A stretch of DNA of 64,000 bases from Bacteroidales bacterium (GTDB taxonomy: Bacteria; Bacteroidota; Bacteroidia; Bacteroidales; GCA-2748055), in NCBI GenBank assembly GCA_030673645.1, contig DAOVIO010000009.1:83-64082 (forward strand), written 5' to 3'. The first letter of the stretch is position 1. Every line of letters starts with the position of its first letter. The position numbers and the translations under genes are program-made. Below, one piece after another: positions 59,101 to 64,000 of this stretch. The notes beneath the pieces are model-generated. The model saw nothing but the letters and a program-made list of their open reading frames with translations. It was not told where the DNA came from and made no database searches.

Positions 59101-59440
59101 TGGATATACCCATAGCAGTTACAACAACTTCGTCTAGGTTCATGGCATCAGACTCCAGTACTATATCGATGATTGTTCTTCCACCAATTGCTACTTCCTG
59201 AGTCTTCATACCTACAAAGCTGAAAACAAGTGTAGTTGCATTCTGAGGAGCAGTAAGCACAAAGTCACCATTAAAATCAGTAACTGTACCAACTGTAGTT
59301 CCTTTAACAACAACCGACACACCAGGCAGAGATGCCCCATCATCAGCTCCGGTCACATTACCTGTAATTTGCACATTCTGAGCTTGTAGGGTAAAACCCA
59401 TGAGCAAAAAGAATGCCAGTAAAACTGTAAATCTTTTCAT
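56195..59440 (-). CDS. SusC/RagA-family TonB-dependent outer-membrane transporter
   Basis: Signal peptide and a carboxypeptidase-regulatory-like N-terminal domain (ITGNVTGADDGASLPGVSVVVKGTTVGTVTDFNGDF). The TonB box/plug region follows (DEVVVTAMG). The C-terminal beta-barrel ends in ...YGVTLNFTF. 1081 aa. Confidence 0.95.
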   Translation of the reverse strand: MKRFTVLLAFFLLMGFTLQAQNVQITGNVTGADDGASLPGVSVVVKGTTVGTVTDFNGDFVLTAPQNATTLVFSFVGMKTQEVAIGGRTIIDIVLESDAMNLDEVVVTAMGISKNKKSLGYSVQEISAEEVSRANNPNLLTSLSGKLAGVEVRQSSGMPGAPATVLIRGARSFSGNNQPLYVVDGMPITSNPDYDQNVTGAYYSSRTLDLDPNDIETINVLKGQAAAALYGLRASNGVIIITTKSGKKTSGGNPTINLTTSYTSDAIARLYDVQQTYAQGLYGDYYNAFSYSWGPKISDLPGVPVYGGDALGKPGMWFDPYKGAWVEPEAFNNPEGFFSNGSTIYKGVNVSNANDNGSYLVGVSSTNQIGIVPNTGMDRSTAKATATIDLGDKWRAGFSGNYSDVDLQKLPSGNSSNLFTVYGSPANFDLMGTPYHQEGALGEYRQISYRRGGVGENPRWAVENNKFLETTRRFFGNTFLEYNPVDWINVRYQLGVDTYSTDNEDIYQAGSTYTGQSLPTGVDYPTPDNQVYAYKAPTGGSIENYGISRSNLNSLLNITFTKDLSDKLNATMIVGNEVDDRTSRSWSMAGTGFTIPGWNNMSNTTTQVADESKSLYRSVGTYGNLGLDYDNMLFFNATGRYDIVSSMPSENRAFFYPSASLGFIFTELGALKNNTILPYGKIRASYAQVGQAGTYRDQTYTLGGGDSGFLDDGLVFPLGGISGFRPSSTIYDPNLMPQNTSNYELGLELKFLNNRMGIDYTYSDQTATDQIFSVPMAGSTGYASFVTNAGEMNSKAHEIVFYITPVKTNGFEWNMNANFTKINNTVITLAEGIESVSLAGYVTPNVRAYSGYTYPTIYGETMARDDDGNVLIDDDPTSWSYGFPMAGGSGKIGDVSPDFIVGFVNNFTYKSLSLTAQFDWKQGGDIYSGTNRLAGLYGSAGFTEDRTTPFTYADTENANEVGVLSDGSVNTIERGGVDDYDAYVDFYASVYGSIDEMVVYETSYIKLRELALTYQLPKKIAQQIRMQGASVSAVARNFLLWSTLPNVDPETSQGMGNGQAGFEYVSLPQTTSYGVTLNFTF

Positions 59441-59493
59441 AGATAAAATTTTTAGGTTTATAAATAGTTAATAATAGAATATTTCTATGATGT

Positions 59494-59501
59494 CAAATCT
59501 A
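59494..59501 (-). promoter_or_regulatory. -7 promoter box TAGATTTG upstream of the SusC-like gene
   Basis: The plus strand reads CAAATCTA, an exact TAnnTTTG on the minus strand, 53 nt before the ATG at 59440. Confidence 0.4.
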
Positions 59502-59842
59502 TAAAAAATAATTAATAACTAAAAGAAAATGCTGATTATTTAAGGGATACGGCTAATATTTTATATTTATATATACATAATATACTAATAATTTTCACGA
59601 TTTATAATAGCTCAACACTCTTATTTAATATAAAAATAAGCATTTAAGCTACGATTTATCATAATTATTATCGGTTTAATAATAAATAATAATAATATTT
59701 TAAAATGTCGTTTTTTTAAATAATTAGTGGAATAACAAGGCTCTTTTGACGCTATTTTTATCAAAATAAAAACCTTATTTGATAAATATTTTGGTTTAAA
59801 TGCTTAAATGGATTGAATGAGTGAACAAACAGCGAAGTAATA

Positions 59843-61531
59843 TTAGCCTATTTTTTCTTCAACTATTTTTAATATAATTGCTTCTTTTACATCTGAATCC
59901 ATAAGAATTTGTTTAGCTTCCTGAAAAATCTCATCAATAAAACTCTTTTCCTTAAATTCGGAGGCATTTATTTTCACATTTAGCCATGCTCCTTTTATTG
60001 CAGATCGAACAGCAAGCGCACCAACACCAGCGTCTGAAACAGAATTTGGGTTACCCATCTTAGCCATCGCTTCTATCAATTCATAAGCCTGGAAGCAGGT
60101 TTTCATCACTTTAAAAGGAACAAGAATTGCATTTTTAGTAGCCTCCTGAATAGCGACTTCTTTATCTTTTCTCTCCGCTTCAGTTTTCCCGGGTAATCGA
60201 AAGGCACCTAAAATCTGATTAAATGCGTCTGTATCATCATCCACCATCTTCATCAAGGATTCTTGAATTACTTTTCCTTTATCCGCCCAATCGCTAAATT
60301 CTTCCCATTTTTCATCCCAACCTCGTTTGTGCGAAGACAAATTTGCTACCATCGTAGCAAGTGAAGTTCCCATTGATCCCATTAAAGCACTTACAGAACC
60401 TCCACCGGGAGCCGGTGACTCAGAAGCTGTTTCGTTCATAAAATCATTAACACTTAAGTTAATAAGGCCTTTCTTTTTCATGTCTTTATCCATCACATAC
60501 TCAATTATCTTTTCATCGGGATTAAATTGGTACAAATCATCAAGGCCCATGGATTTTACTGCAATCTTTATCAGCTCATCATTCGAGATTCCAATACTAC
60601 GTTTCTGCTTCCTTAAAAAGTATCTTCCGGCATCGAGTAACGAGTTTAGCGGAACTAATCCAACTAGTTCGGAACCGGAGACTCTAATGCCTCTATCTTC
60701 TGCTTTTTTCCACACCTCGTCAAAGGCTTCATGTACGCTGCAGATATTTAGATTAGTAAGATTCATGGAAATCTGAGCAACACCATATTCTTCAATAAAC
60801 CAACCAATTGCTTTAACCGATTTAAGAGTTCCCGGACTGAAAACAGGCTTTTCATTTTCATCTTTTACAATTTCGCCTGTTAAAGGATTTCCCTTCCTCA
60901 ACATCCTCCCCTTCTCCCTTACATCGAAAGCAATAGAATTAGCTCTGCGTGTTGATGTTGTATTAAGATTAATATTATAAGCAACCAGAAAATCTCTCGC
61001 ACCAACAGCTGTGACTCCAGCTTTTGCATTAAATACAGCAGGACCAAAATCTGGTTTCCATTCTGATTTAGCAAGTTTTTCCTTTAGTCCTTCATATTCA
61101 CCTGCCCTTACAAATGCAAGATTTCTTCTTTCTTCAGTAAAAGCAGCATTTTCATAACAATAAACAGGAATATTTAATTCCTCCCCTATTCTCTTAGCTA
61201 ATTTTCTTGCATACTCAATAGTTTCTTCCATTGTGATTCCCGAAACCGGCACCAAAGGACAAACATCGGTTGCACCAAAACGAGGGTGTTCACCAGTGTG
61301 ATTAGCCATGTCAATAAGTTCAGATGCCATTTTTACAGCCTTAAATGCAGCATCAATAACCGGCTCAGGTTCACCAACGAAAGTAACCACAGTTCTGTTT
61401 GTAGCCTTACCCGGATCGACATCTAAAAGTTTCACACCCTCAACAGATTCTATTTCATTAGTAATCTGTTTGATAATATTCATATCTACTCCCTCAGAGA
61501 AATTCGGAACGCATTCAATTATTTTTTGCAT
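59843..61531 (-). CDS. ftcD: Bifunctional glutamate formimidoyltransferase / formimidoyltetrahydrofolate cyclodeaminase
   Basis: N-terminus IECVPNFSEG (formiminotransferase) and a C-terminal helical cyclodeaminase domain; 562 aa. Confidence 0.9.
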   Translation of the reverse strand: MQKIIECVPNFSEGVDMNIIKQITNEIESVEGVKLLDVDPGKATNRTVVTFVGEPEPVIDAAFKAVKMASELIDMANHTGEHPRFGATDVCPLVPVSGITMEETIEYARKLAKRIGEELNIPVYCYENAAFTEERRNLAFVRAGEYEGLKEKLAKSEWKPDFGPAVFNAKAGVTAVGARDFLVAYNINLNTTSTRRANSIAFDVREKGRMLRKGNPLTGEIVKDENEKPVFSPGTLKSVKAIGWFIEEYGVAQISMNLTNLNICSVHEAFDEVWKKAEDRGIRVSGSELVGLVPLNSLLDAGRYFLRKQKRSIGISNDELIKIAVKSMGLDDLYQFNPDEKIIEYVMDKDMKKKGLINLSVNDFMNETASESPAPGGGSVSALMGSMGTSLATMVANLSSHKRGWDEKWEEFSDWADKGKVIQESLMKMVDDDTDAFNQILGAFRLPGKTEAERKDKEVAIQEATKNAILVPFKVMKTCFQAYELIEAMAKMGNPNSVSDAGVGALAVRSAIKGAWLNVKINASEFKEKSFIDEIFQEAKQILMDSDVKEAIILKIVEEKIG

Positions 61532-61771
61532 GACATTTTAATATTTGAATTTGTAAAAATCGTTAAAAGATTCTTTCTGACGTCAGGAAACGATATGTTT
61601 TTGGAAATAAGGAATTATTTTCCAAAAGATTTGTAATTTTTAGCAAGAATGCCTTACTATTAGAATCAACTCCGGGAGAGAAATCTGTAAAAACGGTAAT
61701 ACAGGTCAATATATAATTTAATAATCAAAAAAATGTCTGTTTTCTAATACAATATACTTCTCGAATGGAAT

Positions 61772-61802
61772 AAAAAATAGCTGGTAACTAATGCTACCAG
61801 CT
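61772..61802 (-). terminator. Rho-independent terminator of the HtrA-type protease gene
   Basis: On the minus strand, agctggta-gcattagt-taccagct is followed by aT6 (atttttt), 22 nt after the stop. Confidence 0.75.
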
Positions 61803-61823
61803 CTTATTACATACTACTATTAA

Positions 61824-63263
61824 TTAAATCCCGAAAGCATAATAAGCTTTCATTCCATTTGCATAAACTCCTTCTAAATACACTCCTCCATTAATTTGTT
61901 CAATCATATTTTTAACATCTTCAACTTCCTTCACATCTTTATTATTAATTCGTGTAATAATGAAACCTTCCTTAACCCCTGCTCTCATAAGCTTTCCAGG
62001 GCTGAGCTTTAGAACCTTTACACCATTATCTAATCCAATTTCCTTTTTCTCGTCTTTTGAAATTACTTCAAAACTGGCCCCCAAAACAGAAATAGTTTCG
62101 TCTTTTTTAACAACATCTGTATTTCCTTCCAGGTTGCGCAAAATAACTTCGAAGTCTTTATGCTTATTTTCTCTTTTAATAATTACATGAACTTTATCTT
62201 TGGGCCGAAAACGACTTATTTGCTCCTGAAGTTCCGAAACACTGTTTACTTTATGATCGTTAACTGAAAGAATAATATCTCCATCCTTCAATCCAGCTTC
62301 TTTTGCGGCCCCGTCATCATGTACGCCATTAATATAAACGCCTTCTAATTCTGAAATATCATTTTCGTTAGCAAGTTCTTGTGTTACATCCTCAATAGTA
62401 ACACCTAATATGGCTCTTTGAACCACACCAAACTCCATTAAATCGGAGATTACTTTATTTACAATGCTTACAGGTACAGCAAAGGAATTACCTGAATAGG
62501 AACCCGTCCTGGAAGCAATTGCAGTATTTATGCCAACTAACTCCCCTTTTACATTAACAAGAGCTCCGCCGGAATTTCCAGGATTTACAGCTGCATCAGT
62601 CTGAATGAATGCCTCAATTGCGAATTGTTGTTCAGGTATTATATTTATATTACGTCCCTTTGCACTTATAATACCAGCAGTGACAGTTGAAGTTAAATTG
62701 TAAGGATTGCCAACAGCCAATACCCATTGCCCAAGCTTTAAATTATCAGCATTTCCGTATACTAAAAAATCCAATCCATCTTCTTCAACCTTTAACAATG
62801 CTAAATCTGTACTTGGATCATTACCTACAACATCTGCTGTATAAGACCGTTTGTCATTCAGTACCACTTCGATCTCATCCATATTATCTATAACATGATT
62901 GTTTGTAATAATATATCCATCATCAGAGATTATTACTCCAGATCCAAAACCCATAACAGGCTGACTTTCTCTATAATTCCTCTGTCCAAAGAAATGTTCA
63001 TATAAGGGATTGTAGGAGGTATTTTGTCTGACAGCTTTAGTTTTAACATGCACAACTGCATGAACTGTTTTCTCCGCAGCATAGCTCAGATCAATTGCAC
63101 CTTCATTCAGATTGGAAGGCAGATTGGCGTACATCATTTTATGTTCGGCTGGTACTTCAATTATTGATTCACCGGGCTGAAACCACATTGCATATGCAAA
63201 TACAGCTAGTGCCGATGCAAAAAAGGCCGCAACCAATGTTCCTGTAAATTGTTTTAATTTCAT
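61824..63263 (-). CDS. Do/HtrA-family periplasmic serine protease with PDZ domains
   Basis: Catalytic triad contexts TNNHV, D..LLK and GNSGGALVN. The C-terminal part is PDZ-like. 479 aa. Confidence 0.9.
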   Translation of the reverse strand: MKLKQFTGTLVAAFFASALAVFAYAMWFQPGESIIEVPAEHKMMYANLPSNLNEGAIDLSYAAEKTVHAVVHVKTKAVRQNTSYNPLYEHFFGQRNYRESQPVMGFGSGVIISDDGYIITNNHVIDNMDEIEVVLNDKRSYTADVVGNDPSTDLALLKVEEDGLDFLVYGNADNLKLGQWVLAVGNPYNLTSTVTAGIISAKGRNINIIPEQQFAIEAFIQTDAAVNPGNSGGALVNVKGELVGINTAIASRTGSYSGNSFAVPVSIVNKVISDLMEFGVVQRAILGVTIEDVTQELANENDISELEGVYINGVHDDGAAKEAGLKDGDIILSVNDHKVNSVSELQEQISRFRPKDKVHVIIKRENKHKDFEVILRNLEGNTDVVKKDETISVLGASFEVISKDEKKEIGLDNGVKVLKLSPGKLMRAGVKEGFIITRINNKDVKEVEDVKNMIEQINGGVYLEGVYANGMKAYYAFGI

Positions 63264-63420
63264 AGTATTTCTATTAATTGTTCATTTATTATTTGAGAAT
63301 ATTCTGCAAATATTATGCCTCTAAGATTGCTTTTTAGTATTATTGTAAGGTGTAAACACCTGAAATTGCATTATGTTGCAAGACATTTATCAGGAATGTA
63401 GTATTTAACGATTTTTAACA

Positions 63421-64000
63421 ATGACTGACATGTTGGTAGCTTTCCATAAATATCATGGTGCTGGAAATGACTTTATTGTAATTGATGGCAGAAAATCTGT
63501 CATATCTGATTTTTCAGCTAAAATAGTAAAATTCCTTTGTGACAGACATTTTGGAATAGGAGCCGATGGGCTCATTCTATTAACAGATTCTAAAGAAGCA
63601 GATTTCAGGATGATCTATTTTAATTCTGACGGAAAAGAAGGAACTATGTGCGGAAATGGTGGCAGGTGCATAACTGCTTTTGCGGAAAAACTGGGAATCA
63701 TAGATAAATCTGCTGAATTTATAGGTATTGACGGACTTCATCAGGCTAAGGTTCTTGGAGATGGTCAATATTCATTAAAAATGATAGATGTTCATAATGT
63801 TGACAGACTCGAAGATGGATATTTATTAGATACAGGATCCAGGCATTTTGTTAAATTTAAAGAAGATCTAAAAGAAATAGACGTTTATAATGATGGCAGG
63901 TTAATAAGATATCAAAGCAGATTTGGAGATGATGGCACTAATGTGAATTTTATTGAATATCTAGATGATAACAATATATCTATAAGAACTTACGAAAGAG
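63421..64000 (+). CDS. dapF: Diaminopimelate epimerase (3' end beyond the window)
   Basis: I translated from the ATG at 63421: MTDMLVAFHKYHGAGNDFIVIDGR...DGKEGTMCGNGGRC (GAGNDF and the catalytic Cys motif). The frame stays open to 64000. It is absent from the ORF track because no stop falls in the window. Confidence 0.9.
   Translation, partial: MTDMLVAFHKYHGAGNDFIVIDGRKSVISDFSAKIVKFLCDRHFGIGADGLILLTDSKEADFRMIYFNSDGKEGTMCGNGGRCITAFAEKLGIIDKSAEFIGIDGLHQAKVLGDGQYSLKMIDVHNVDRLEDGYLLDTGSRHFVKFKEDLKEIDVYNDGRLIRYQSRFGDDGTNVNFIEYLDDNNISIRTYER

Noticed and set aside
60327-60776. 149-aa plus-strand ORF inside ftcD. Similar long antisense ORFs occur elsewhere: 39852-40193 in feoB, 16305-16628 in the TPR phosphatase, 53830-54153 in cysN, 55988-56311 across the susD/susC junction, 20263-20547 in the PKD giant, and 56446-58335 in susC.
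   Set aside because: All lie antisense to or out of frame with genes that have strong family-level support. Their translations are low-complexity (Ser/Leu/Ile/Phe-rich) with no motifs. They are typical shadow ORFs.
63580-63768. 62-aa minus-strand ORF near the right edge.
   Set aside because: It lies antisense inside dapF, whose plus-strand translation carries the diagnostic GAGNDF and MCGNG motifs.
1-64000. I scanned intergenic gaps for tRNA, tmRNA, RNase P, SRP RNA and common riboswitch signatures. The gaps were 1-596, 1479-1940, 7092-7556, 13465-13798, 41754-42034, 44103-44455, 52884-53080, 54365-54741, 59441-59842, 61532-61823 and 63264-63420.
   Set aside because: No T-loop (GGTTCGAATCC-like) or other conserved core motifs were found by eye. 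A covariance-model scan would be needed to exclude them formally.

Overview
This is an AT-rich chromosomal segment with the hallmarks of a Bacteroidota genome. It has a SusC/SusD pair, two proteins ending in T9SS C-terminal sorting domains, Bacteroidota-typical families (DUF1573, DUF5606, DUF3276), and exact TAnnTTTG -7 promoter boxes upstream of several genes. I can support about 45 protein-coding genes, and most are housekeeping: tsaD, nnr, purC, phoH-family, mazG, coaE, yajC, nusB, feoAB, argF/arcC, ftsK, cysDN, ftcD, an HtrA-type protease and a 3'-truncated dapF. Envelope and transport genes are also present: a TamB-like giant, a POT peptide transporter, an FtsX/MacB-like permease, a LysM protein, a LolA-like protein and an NlpC/P60 peptidase. 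I saw no rRNA, tRNA, CRISPR array, transposase/integrase or recognisable defence gene. I did not find a clear, self-contained novel multi-gene system, and I say so rather than inventing one. The best leads are listed below.
(1) A 12-copy octamer tandem array with an exact 32-bp higher-order duplication lies in the nnr/peptide-transporter divergent promoter region.
(2) An orphan SiaC-like (DUF1987) gene and an unlinked receptor-type TPR-PP2C phosphatase occur without the kinase or cyclase partners known from Pseudomonas.
(3) A ~300-aa module of unknown type is embedded in a 1857-aa, 16-PKD T9SS giant.
(4) The left ~4.8 kb looks like an accessory, decaying block: three secreted-protein genes, long ORF-free stretches and a doubly truncated amidotransferase relic.
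(5) The TamB-like membrane anchor is encoded upstream of the first canonical start codon.
(6) A perfect 52-nt palindrome sits next to a canonical G-quadruplex motif downstream of argF.
All functional calls rest on motif and family recognition by eye. No database search or computation was run.
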